From Mytilus trossulus (taxonomy: Eukaryota): a stretch of 64,000 nt of DNA. Below are positions 1 to 11,600 of the stretch, one piece after another; positions within the stretch are counted from its first letter, which is position 1, and every line of letters starts with the position of its first letter. A program made the translations under genes and the position numbers. Location: NCBI RefSeq assembly GCF_036588685.1, contig NC_086386.1, positions 1,302,001 through 1,366,000 of the forward strand. Direction: 5' to 3'. The notes under the pieces are model-generated. The model was not told where the DNA came from. It was given only the letters and a program-made list of their open reading frames with translations, and searched no databases.

Positions 1-859
1 TTCCATATCACCACCAAGATACTTGAACCTACCTTTTCTAGTAAAGCAAAATCTAAACCTTTGACCAAATGGGTATGTTCCATATCACCACCAAGATACT
101 TGAACCTACCTTTTCTAGTAAAGCAAAATCTAAACCTTTGACCAAATGGGTATGTTCCATATCACCACCAAGATACTTGTACCTACCTTTTCTAGTAAGG
201 CAAAATCTAAACCTTTGACCAAATGGGTATGTTCCATATCACCACCAAGATACTTGTACCTACCTTTTCTAGTAAAGCAAAATCTAAACCTTTGACCAAA
301 TGAGTATGTTCCATATCACCACCAAAATACTTGTACCTATCTTTTCTAGTAAAGCAAAATCTAAACCTTTGACCAAATGGGTATGTTCCATATCACCACC
401 AAGATACTTGAACCTACCTTTTCTAGTAAAGCAAAATCTAAACCTTTGACCAAATGGGTATGTTCCATATCACCACCAAGATACTTGTACCTACCTTTTC
501 TAGTAAAGCAAAATCTAAACCTTTGACCAAATGGGTATGTTCCATATCACCACCAAGATACCTACCTTTTCTAGTAAAGCAAAATCTAAACCTTTGACCA
601 AATGGGTATGTTCCATATCACCACCAAGATACTTGAACCTACCTTTTCTAGTAAAGCAAAATCTAAACCTTTGACCAAATGGGTATGTTCCATATCACCA
701 CCAAGATACTTGTACCTACCTTTTCTAGTAAAGCAAAATCTAGACCTTTGACCAAATGGTTATGTTCCATATCACCACCAAGATACCTACCTTTTCTAGT
801 AAAGCAAAATCTAAACCTTTGACCAAATGGGTATGTTCCATATCACCACCAAGATACTT
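1..859 (-). repeat. 77-bp tandem array (at least 11 copies, two 71-bp variants) made of the IK exon 7 3' end plus its splice donor
   Basis: TTCCATATCA recurs at 1, 78, 155, 232, 309, 386, 463, 540, 611, 688, 765 and 836. The minus-strand unit is 69 nt coding (KYLGGDMEHTHLVKGLDFALLEK) plus GTAGGT(T/A)C. The array runs off the window. Confidence 0.95.
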
Positions 860-3800
860 AGATTCCTGGATTACTTGTTTTCTTCTTTCAGCATAGTTTT
901 CTCCTCTATCAATCAAAAGACAATAGTAATGCTTTAAATTCATTATAGTTGGGAATACATTTATCAGAGATTATCAACATAATCACGGAGTAAATCATTA
1001 TTATTTTTATTTTTTAAACCCATCTCATGGCTTATAGATATAAAAGTACACATTTCAGTTTGAATCCCAGACAGACCATCCTGGTAACTTAGATATAAAA
1101 GAAAGATTACTGATTCCACCCTAAGATGGACCCTACGGTTGCTGGTAATTTCTTTCTTTTCTTATAACCATAAACATCACTCAGGGAACATGAGTACCTT
1201 TATGTTTCATAGTATGTACACTCACTGACTCTAACTCCTTATCTATGAAATTTACATTGTTTTTTTGTTGAGTTTTATTTATCACATCATTTATAGTACA
1301 TGTTTGCAGATTTTTTATGTCATTTGCTCCAAATTCAATATTTATGTTTTTGAACCACAGATTCAAATGTTCCACAAATTACAACTTTCCTAAATGCATT
1401 GAACACAAAAATCTGCAAAACCACAAAGACTTACGTCTTAACATCAGGACTATAAATAGACTTACGCCTTAACTTCTGGACTATAAATTTACTTACGCCT
1501 TAACATCTGGAGCAACAGCTCTGTAATCAGCTGTAGTACTAACAATTTCTGTTTCTTCGTAATCTTTGTTGTGACCATCACGTCTTTCTCGAGCCTGAAA
1601 TAATACGGCAAATACAACATTATTATTATAATCACCTAATTATTCAGACTACAACTTCATTCAGCAGAGTGGGTATTTGAGAATAACTACCGGTAAGTTG
1701 ACATGTGCAAGTGGACACTCAAGTATCATTCAGTAGACTTTTTTAGTTTTTTTTGTCTCTTTGACACATTCCCATTTCCATTTTCAATTTTATTATTGAG
1801 TGGGTATTTAAGTATCATTCAGGAAGCATCTGTGAGTGGGTATACATGTTTCATTCAATATACATGCTAGAATGGGTACCATGCTGAAGACATGATGAGC
1901 ACTCTATTTCCTATATGGTATGTACATGTATGATACATCTGTAATTACTACAATAAACTAATATCTTTTAAAGAAATCTTATTTTGTGTGCCTTTTTCTT
2001 ATCACTCTAGAACATAACTATTTCTCAAGCATTCCTATCTCTGTACTCTATTTCTTGTAACTAATGGCAACCTTACCCTATCTCTGTATTCTATTTCTTG
2101 TAACTAATAGCAACCTTACCCTATCTCTGTACTTTATTTCCTGTAACTAATGGCAACCTTACCCTACCTCTGTACTTTATTTCTTGTAACTATTGGCAAC
2201 CTTACCCTATCTCTGTACTTTATTTCTTGTAACTAATGGCAACCTTACCCTATCTCTGTACTTTATTTCTTGTAACTATTGGCAACCTTACCCTATCTCT
2301 GTACTTTATTTCTTGTAACTAATGGCAACCTTACCCTATTTCTGTACTTTATTTCTTGTAACTAATGGCAACCTTACGCTATCTCTGTACTTTATTTCTT
2401 GTAACTATTGGCAACCTTACCCTATCTCTGTACTTTATTTCTTGTAACTAATGGCAACCTTACCCTATCTCTGAACTTTATTTCTTGTAACTATTGGCAA
2501 CCTTACCCTATCTCTGTATTTCTCTTCAAGCTCCTTCTGTTTCTCTTCTTCCATTCGTTTAAGTTTAGCATAGTAACTGTAATGGAAAAACATATTTTTG
2601 GGGGTAAAGTTCAAGGCTCAACGCACTCAACTTCAGAATCAACACAAAAATTTAAAATATAAGTGATTAATAGTGGTAAAATTGTTTCTACAACTTAAGG
2701 ATGTCTGCTTGTCATGTTTTGGAATTATTATCAGATTTTCGGAATCCTCTGGTTTTATCCATTTGAATGCCTTAAAAAAAATTCCCCATGAACCCCCATT
2801 TTTCTTTTTATAAATCTTTAACATGTATAATTATAAATCATTTGTAAAAGTCTTATAAAATTTTATTTATTTTTTAATAGTATTTGAGAACTTTAACTGG
2901 TCAATGATAAAGCTATAAAAAATCAAGAGAGAACATTTTCCCGCCAAAATTCCAATAGCTAATATCTCGAAAACAAGTACATGGACCCCTGTATTTTGTT
3001 TGCTATTTTGATTCCTCAATTTATTTCCTATCAATACATACTAGTTTTATGAAAAGTTATTTATTTTGAAACTGAGCAGCGGACATCCTTAAGTTTTAAT
3101 ATAACAGCACCACCATTTTTTTTGTGGAAACTTGTGGTATTATTTCAGAGAGATCCATACACTGTTCCACAAGTTTTTGTCTGGAAACTAGAAAAACTTT
3201 GTGGTTATATACCTTGCCTTTAAATTTCATAGATTTCTATTTACTTATACAAGAGTTATTGTTTGGAAACCAAATGCCTTCAGATTACGCTGACGATGAC
3301 GTGATACCAATATATGACAGCAAAAGAAAAATTGAAAAAAATAAAGGATGATTTTAAAAGTCTCCCTTCTGAAAAAAATGGCCAATATTTAAGATTCATT
3401 CTAGGTTCTTCATTCCAATGTGAAGAGTATCTAACAGTGACAACAAAGTGATACAAGTCAAAAAACATTTCATCCTGTGATGTAAACTGGAAAATTGACC
3501 AATCAAAATCAAGATTTGCTCTAGTGTCATACTATTTGCCTTATAGTAGCATGTGACCTTCAAACAAAAGCATGTCAAATCCAGTTAAAATGTAACAGAA
3601 GAAGACAAATCTGCTTCCCTACAGGATTTAAATGAGAAACATATGTGGTGTCCATATTTCATCAGTACAAAATCAATTATATATGATTGATAAATCATAG
3701 CACAAATATCAACTCAAATATAATTCAGATAATCATAAAATAAGCTTTTTTATTAGTTGTTAATTTACTATTGGTGAATACTAAATCTTACATTTTCTTT

Positions 3801-6800
3801 TTCCTTCTTCTGGTCCCTGCATCATCATCCTCATTGTCTTTGGGTAATTCTCTGGAAAAGAAATTTAATGAGTACCGGTACTGAATATCAGGAAACCAAT
3901 AATTCAACTAAAAACCCAAAAAATAGGGTTGTTAGCCTAACAATGGTTTCTATGTCTTTAGATTTAACTGTAATCTTGGTTGTTTTTAAATCACATATTC
4001 TGTTCTATAACTGAACAAAAAAAAAGTATAATTTTCAAACATTCAAATCTTTATGTGTTTAGAGTGCTTTGCTGTTTGTCATTTATGGTTTTTGTCCATA
4101 TCATTTCAGTTCGTTCTTGATTATAATTGAGGATATCTCATTGGTATCTTTCTTCCCTCTTTTATAGATTTCGAACTCATACACAAGTTTAATATTATTT
4201 AAAAGGGATATTCGTAATTTTAAATTTTATTTTGTTCATTTGACTATACACAACATCCCATGCTGTCCTACACAAATGTTTTCCTAGGTCACTTGTAGGT
4301 CAATCAGAATGTTTGGGAGACTTAATAACATAGCTGGTATGGAGTCAGGTATTTTACATTATAGATGATAACAATAGGTCCAGGAGTTCTACAAAAGATG
4401 AGGTTATAACTTCCACAACAAAGTTTCTAATACAAAACTAGTTCTAACTGGTGACTTGTATGGCCAGCTGATGATTATATGTAGATATGGAATCATTATG
4501 GGCTCAGTACATTTGTGGATCAAGGATTTGAAAAAGGAGCACTATGAACAAGTCTATACAATAACCAATGTATTTAGCTTTTTGAGGCTTTTATCAAATT
4601 ACTAGTGAGTTCTTAAACCAAATGCCATAGTTACAGAGGTCTTACAGAGGTGACCTATAGTTGTTAATGTTTTTAGTCTTTTGTGAATTGTTTTACATTG
4701 TCTTATCGGGACCTTTTATAGCTGAATATGCAGTATGGGCTTTGCTCATTGTTGAAGGCTGTATGGTGACCTATAGTTGTTAATGTTTTTGGTCTTTTGT
4801 GAATTGTTTTACATTGTCTTATCCGGACCTTTTATAGCTGACTATGCGGTATGGGCTTTGCTCATTGTTGAAGGCCGAATGGTGACCTATAGGTGTTAAT
4901 GTTTTTGGTCTTTTGTGGATTGTTGTCTCATTGGCAATCATACCACATCTTCTTTTTTATATTACAATAGAGTAATGGTGCTGGTTTTTTTATGAGCAGA
5001 TTAATGTTGTAGAACGGTGGCAGTTGCTCTCTAACACTTCATTTTAACTCTGGGGATAGTTGTCTCATTAGCAATCATACAATATATCCTTATTTCCATA
5101 CCAATAATATTGTCATAGTTCCTGAATACTTACAATATTGTATTACTACTACTGCTTGAGTGTTTCTTAGGGACAGATGAATGTTGCTGATGTTGTTGAT
5201 TGTGTTGATGATGATGTTGTTGTTTTGCTGCTGGTCCTGGCCCCCGAGGGGTCATCATCATTTTCCTAAAGTCATCATTGGTCAGGGGATGTCTAAATAT
5301 ACATTGTACATGTATTAAATTATTATAATATATAAATTACTGACCCTGTATCTTAACATAATAATTGAAATTGATTTAATACTTGTTTTTTAAACACTAA
5401 ACAAAAAATAAGAATCCATAAAAAAAACAAGAGAAAATCTCTTTAGTCAACACAATAAGATATATTTCCTAGTTATTTGACATAATTTCACCATTGCTGA
5501 ATGACAATCATGACAATTTTAGGAACTATTTTTCGTTAATCATCAGGATGTGTTGTGACTGTTATTTGACTGGCAAGTATAATTTGATAGCAATTAGATA
5601 GTCATAAATAGATTTGAAAAAAATATTATTAGGATTATGTATTGGTATAACAGTGAGAGTTTATTTCTATACAAAAGTTATTATAAATCATAGTAACTAT
5701 GGTAACTTACCCTTCATCCTCATCATCACTATAGTGATGATTTTCTGGAGGAAGTGGATTTGAGAAAACCTCAGAATCTCCTCCTAAAATATATAATCAT
5801 TAAAATGATCTTAGATTTTCTAATGGCAATTTTAATCTAATTTGAAAGTTTAAGTCATATCTAGATCTGTTTGAATCAATTTGAAATATTTTCTGTATTT
5901 AAAATTAGTTATTGTAAATTCATTATTATTTGTGGGACTTCAGCAATACCACAAAATGCCAAAATCGGTAGGCAGGTAGGTAGGTGAAACTTACATAAAT
6001 GAAGAGATAAATGAAAAATGAACAGATTGATGCCCGATTTATATAATTCCAAGGCCGTCAGTCTGCACCAGAAGCGATGAAGCAGCGCATCTATTTAGGG
6101 TGGTCAAATATCCACTTTTTGATATGGGATGAGCCCTGACGTTCCACGACCCAAGCTTGTCTGGCAAAACAGCCGTTAGACATCATGAGAGTAATCTCGG
6201 ACTAATTACCATGCTGCCGTATCAATTTTTTAATTATTATACAGGTCTAAACATATATGACATCTTTGTGACAGTCATTCTCTATCAGATAACACATAAA
6301 TAGAAAATGGAATGTCATTACTCTCTTACTCTAAAAAATAGAAAATCTTTGTACATTCTAACCGGCATCCTACCAGTCGAGGCACAAATCCATACCAAAA
6401 TGATGACATTCTTTAGTAACATATGTCAGCAATCAGACAATAGTGTTGAAAAACAGCTTGGTAAAAGACAACTAGCTGTAAAATCCTCAGGAAGCCACAG
6501 CTGGTATATTGAAGTACAGAGGGTCATGTTCAAATACAACCTCGGCAGAGCCATTGATATGCTGAATAATGCAGATGTGACTAAAACCACTGTCAATCAA
6601 ATAAAAAGACAAATTGCTAACCACTGGGTCAAAGAAATATCAGTTATTGCCAACCTGTATCAAGGGCTAAAATACCTTCAAACAGACAACTTCATGGCAG
6701 GCAAAATCCACAGTATACTGAAGATCAAAAGATACACCAACAAAGACCGTTTTAGAATTCCAATCAAACTAAAACTCCTCACTGGAACCTACTCACTGCA

Positions 6801-8198
6801 GCCCCTGAGATATAAAATCTACAAAGAAGGAAACCAGGAGATATGCAACGCATGCAGCCAAGAAGTGGAAACGGTTGACCATCTATTGATCAAATGTAAA
6901 GCTTGGGACAACATCAGAAGACCTGTAATTAAAGAGATAGAGAACATATTAACAAGCAACAGCAAAATAGAGTGGGAATCTCTTAATGAAGGGACCAAAA
7001 TACAGATATTGATGGACATAACCATGGTACAACGACAACTTCGTCTGAACAGTGAAGAAGTCTCAAAGATAGAACACCAAGCAAAACGTCTCATATACCT
7101 TATACACAGCGCCAGATGTAAACTTCTACTTCAACCATAGCTGATTGGAAGATGATTTGATCAGGGTTTATGGTAGGGTTGGGTCTGGGTGTGTAGGGCA
7201 GCCAATTCCAAAAAAGTCGAGCTCACTGTATAACATGTTAATTTCAAACGCTTCGGAATTCATGGGTGTAATTTGACCATATTTACAATGAACATTATGC
7301 AGATTGCTGCAACAAATACGTAATATGGGTGTGCCGGTGCCAATATAGATGTGAGATAAAATCTTTTACCTTTTAAAGACAAGCTTTTAGAACTATATTA
7401 ATAAACATATGACAATTGCTGTTAAATTACAGTGCGTGCCTAGATCGTAAACGTCGCACAAAGTGCTAATATATAGATGCAACGAAATCTTAAAAATCCT
7501 GTTATATATTTTATGATGTGAAATTGTCTATTTCTATGCCATGTATGCGTGGATTAAGTTTTTAGGCTATATGAACATTTTAAACAATTTTAAGTATATG
7601 AAAAGGAAAGAAAGTGATTTTCTTTTAACTTTTAGATCTTTTTATCATATCACGAAAGGCGAACTATTTTACATTTTACTGCTGCAAATCTATTATTCTT
7701 TTTATCAGTGCGAACTTGAGTGTAGCATCTTATTTTACAACATTGTCTTTTAAGAATGAACTATTTTACTACATTGTCTCTTAAGAATGAACTATTTTAC
7801 TACGTAAACATATATAATCCCATTGTATATATGTCCGGTAACTAGCCTAACAATTTTAAACGCAACTAAGAATACATACAACAAGATATATGCGAAACTA
7901 CAAAAGTGCTCCTGTATATAGCGGTGGAGGATGGAACTATCCGAATTATAGTGTATATATATTCCTACTTGTATGGTGGTGGGTTTTGTTTTACATGCCT
8001 TAATGGTGTGGTTGTCCTACAAAGGATGTGAAGATTTGGAAGAAGAAGAAGAAATTCATCAGACTTTGTCAGAACAGAGAATTTATCATAAATACATGAC
8101 TTTGATAATACAGTCTAAAATTGAAAATAAATGCTTTACAGATAGTATGTGTGCTGATTTCATGTGTGTTTGTGGGGTGCAAACTTACTTTCTGGCAT
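791..8198 (-). CDS. IK: Protein Red / IK (spliceosomal B-complex and spindle-pole protein), exons 1-7; gene continues beyond the left edge
   Basis: Minus-strand exons with GT-AG ends and matching phases: 8198-8189 (MPE), 5783-5711 (RGDSEVFSNPLPPE), 5292-5134 (HPLTNDDFRKMMMTPR), 3851-3792 (ELPKDNEDDDAGTRRRKKK), 2576-2507 (YYAKLKRMEEEKQKELEEKYRDR), 1594-1497 (ARERRDGHNKDYEETEIVSTTADYRAVAP), 905-791 (ENYAERRKQVIQESKYLGGDMEHTHLVKGLDFALLEK). YRDRA.ERR and SK.LGGDMEHTHLVKGLDFALL are hallmark RED N-terminal motifs. Confidence 0.95.
1427..1511 (-). repeat. 31-bp degenerate triplication of the IK exon 6 donor
   Basis: Plus-strand ACTTACG(C/T)CTTAAA-like motif ACTTACGYCTTAAC gives minus-strand donors at 1496 (authentic), 1465 and 1434. 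Confidence 0.8.
2034..2519 (-). repeat. 43-bp tandem array (about 11 copies) spanning the IK exon 5 donor
   Basis: Plus-strand unit CCTTACCCTATCTCTGTACTTTATTTCTTGTAACTAATGGCAA reads TACAGAGATAGG|GTAAGG on the minus strand. Donors occur every 43 bp from 2506 down to 2076. Confidence 0.95.
6345..8052 (+). mobile_element. 5'-truncated non-LTR retrotransposon (LINE): ORF2 C-terminus, 3' UTR and (GAA)n tail, in IK intron 1, antisense to IK
   Basis: ORF 6307-7140 has 'LYILTGILPVEAQIH' (typical region after the RT domain) and a CCHC-type finger CNACSQEVETVDHLLIKC. It is followed by about 900 bp and ends in GAAGAAGAAGAAGAA at about 8039-8053. The 5' boundary is approximate. Confidence 0.8.
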
Positions 8199-8637
8199 CT
8201 TTGCAACTGCAATGAGCAAAATAAAAATAATGCAGTGTCTAAAATCTAAAACAAAAACCGGATTGATCCGTAAATATATCCGGGTTTATTTATAGCCAAA
8301 TTGTTTAAATATTCTACACTTTATAACAACTGTATCGAGATATATGCAGAAAAGAATGAGAAAAGACATTAGAAATCGTATTATTTTTTAGCTGACTTTA
8401 TTTGAGTTAAAGGAATAGATATATTCGAATGTGTTTTATCCGGAAAAAAATAATCCGTCAAAATCATGCGAGCTAATTTTACTTCTACTTCCGGAAACAA
8501 ATTTCATTGGTCAAAGCGAAAAAGTGAAAGAAGAAATTCGAAAATCTGGCGGTCCTAAGCATATCTGCATAGATATCTGTTGAATATCCCTACATACCTA
8601 ATGACAAAGTATCAGTAATAGAAAAAAAACCAGCATT
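8199..8637. promoter_or_regulatory. Bidirectional promoter shared by IK (minus) and HMMR (plus)
   Basis: The two ATGs are 440 bp apart head-to-head. Motifs: ETS-like ACTTCCGG (8487-8494), reverse CCAAT box ATTGG (8506-8510), CHR-like TTCGAA (8537-8542) lying 4 nt from GC-rich TGGCGG (8547-8552). Confidence 0.7.
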
Positions 8638-11600
8638 ATGGCGTTTTCTAAAGCACCATTTAAACGCTTTAACGAAAAGACAGGTGGGTGAAAATATAGA
8701 TTAAAGATTCACTGAGGCTGATCAATGCAAATATAAAAAAAAGTTGTCAATTCGGCACCTATACAAAATCGGGACCTGGTAAAAAAATGGGGTACAAGAT
8801 TATAATTGCAATGATCAAATTGGTTTTTCTCGTAATCTGTAGCTTAAACAACTGCATGCACAGTGGCTCCTTTGGCTTTGTTGTGTTTTTTTATTTACAA
8901 CTGCAGTGACAAATATTACCATCACTATTTTCGCTTTATAGTCACACCTAAACAATAGTTTTTGTAAAGCGTATTTCATTTCCTCATTTATGTAAACAAA
9001 ACAATATTTTTTTTCACTCCAATGGCAGCTGTCGGAGCAAATATCTGCCCTTTCATATCCTTCGGTGCCTTTCCTGGTCTAAGATTATCTTGCTAGAAGG
9101 GTGTCTGTGTTTACATTTGTATATTGATATTCCTATTGATTTTTTTTACCACCTCTTGCGATTTGCTTAAGGTTTACAATTGGCAATGTGTGTATATCTG
9201 AAGAAATAAACCATTATTAAATATTATCTTAATTTTCAAAGTAAACAACTCTAGAAGTCTTTAGTCTTTAGAAGTGTCAACTTGACACTATAATCTCTCT
9301 GTAATTTGAATCACACTGGTAAATTTACGTCACTTTTGTATAAAACTCATTGGTACATTTGTATTTATAATGTGGCACTGCAGAAAAAAATATGTAACTT
9401 AATAAATAATTCAATAATTAATTACCCAAAAAAAAAAAAAAAAAAATTGAATAAGTAATTAACTCTTATAAAACCTTAACTATCTATTTTGTGAACCTTC
9501 CAGTATCTTTAATAAAGACCCCTAACAAATGCTGAATATCTTCTATGTGATGTTTGTAATTATCATTTTCTGTTGTTGCTAACAATACTTCAGATTCAAG
9601 TGTTAGTTTTGCTGTTATGAAGTAGAGTGCTGAGCGGAGTTTGTCTCTAGCCTCCTCATAATTTTCACAATCCAGCAGGTAATGGTCTACTGTTTCTACT
9701 TGTCCACAGCTGCATTTGTCGATGAGTGCTGGGCATATTGTTGATTTGTAAAAGTTTAAATTGCAATATCCTGTTCTTAGACTTGTAGTTATTCTATATA
9801 TTTCAGTTGACGGCTTGTCTTTTGGAAGTGTATTTTTTACATTTTGTTGAAAGGCATAATATCTTCTTCCTTTATCACTGGTGTCCCATCGGTTTTGCCA
9901 TTTTACCATAACACTGTCTTTTGCTCCTTTTTGTATATCTTGTCTTGTAAATACTGGAATGCTTTGTATTTTTTCTGCCTCCTGTGCTGCTTTTTTAGCT
10001 AGTTGGTCTGCTAGTTCATTACCTTGTATGTCAGCGTGTCCAGGGGTCCATTCAATGGAAACCATGATTCCTTCAGATTTAAGTGCCAATATACCAATTT
10101 TAATATCATGAATAGTTTTGCCATAATTATCAGATTTCCAATTTAAAGTTAAAATTCCAATTGCTGATTGGCTGTCTGAGAAAATTTGGATAGATTCAGT
10201 GTTTTTTCTGTTGTTTGGAATTAAAAGAAAATCTATTACTAGCTTGATAGCTACTAATTCCCCTAATAAAATAGATCCTATATTGGAAACTAGCTGGGTT
10301 AACTCCACATGTTCTGTGCTGTTTGATATTAAAATAGCTGCCCCAGCACCACATGGACCTGGATTTCCTTTGCAGGAGCCATCAGTGAAAGCTAATGTTG
10401 TATTATTTTTAAGTTGATGTATTTTTTCCAAAATAATATTTTTTCCCTGAAATGCTTGTTCCTCTGATCTAGACTTTGAACTTCCGAGATTTTTCCAATA
10501 CTCTGGTGGTGATTTTGAGGCTGCTAACCCTCGGAATTCAAATTGAGACTATACAGTCAGAATCAATCTCTGTTGACCTTTTCATGTCTTCAGCCTGTAA
10601 TACCATTCTTCCAATTGGTGAGATTATTTTTTCAGGTTCACTTATATTTTTCCAATCTTCAAAAATTTGTTTAATAGGGATAGTGATTTTATATGATTTT
10701 ATTTTTGCAATTTGTCGGATACCGGCTTCTTCTCTTTTGAGGTCCAGTGGTAGTATTTATAAAAAAATTATAAAAGTTTGCTGGTATAGATGAAAACTTA
10801 TCTCAAATTACAATCTTTAAAATAAACTTTTAATAATTTTGATTAAAAAACTGAAGGTCCCTTTTTTTTAAAAAACTGTTTCATACAGTAACTGATCTTC
10901 TGATTGGCTGAGAGTATTTTGTTTATCAGCGTACATGGTTGTACACTTAAATTTGATATGACTGTGTTTCATCAACATTTTTTCATGTCAGATTTACCCC
11001 TTACAAATAGAATTTAGAATGAGTTGTAAGGAGTGATAAGTGTTTTATCTAAAGCAATTTTGTATGGCACAACGCCATGGCCTATGTTTTGATGCAATGC
11101 TCTTTTTCTTTGTAAAATTTGATGCCATGTGCCCTTTTGTATTATCTAGATCAAGATTGGGATTTTTTGCTGTCAGATCAAAGTGGAACTATCACATCAA
11201 AGCATTGACTTAATTATTAGCATGTCATTACATGGAAGAGATTTTTAATCGGTTCAGCAAGACTCATGAGCTTACAGCCCTTCTAGGCTATATTATATTA
11301 TAATCCAGTTCTAACACCTGAGGGATCTGATATCCGGATTAAATCTCTCATCACTTGTACCTGAGCTTGTACAGGTAGATCAACATACCAGACAAGAGAA
11401 TACTATCTGAAGATAGAGGGTTCATTTATCAAATTATTCAACTAAGTTTCAGCAAATGCTTATGATAATTTAGATTAAATAAATAAATTAATTATCCAGT
11501 TAGAAAGAAAACAGTTTAACAAGTCGAAGACATGCTTTTATTTTAACTTTAATACGAATCAGCATCCCCCTTTTTTTTAAAGGGGCACTAGCTACCAGAT

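Noticed and set aside
1-790. IK array copies as tandem mutually exclusive exons
   Set aside because: Copies lack the exon 5' half and a proper acceptor in front of the coding piece, and the 77/71-bp period breaks frame.
9484-10431. Cellular RNase H1 gene
   Set aside because: It lacks the hybrid-binding domain, is followed by a retroelement-type zinc finger, is preceded by frameshifted LINE ORF2 sequence and has no introns.
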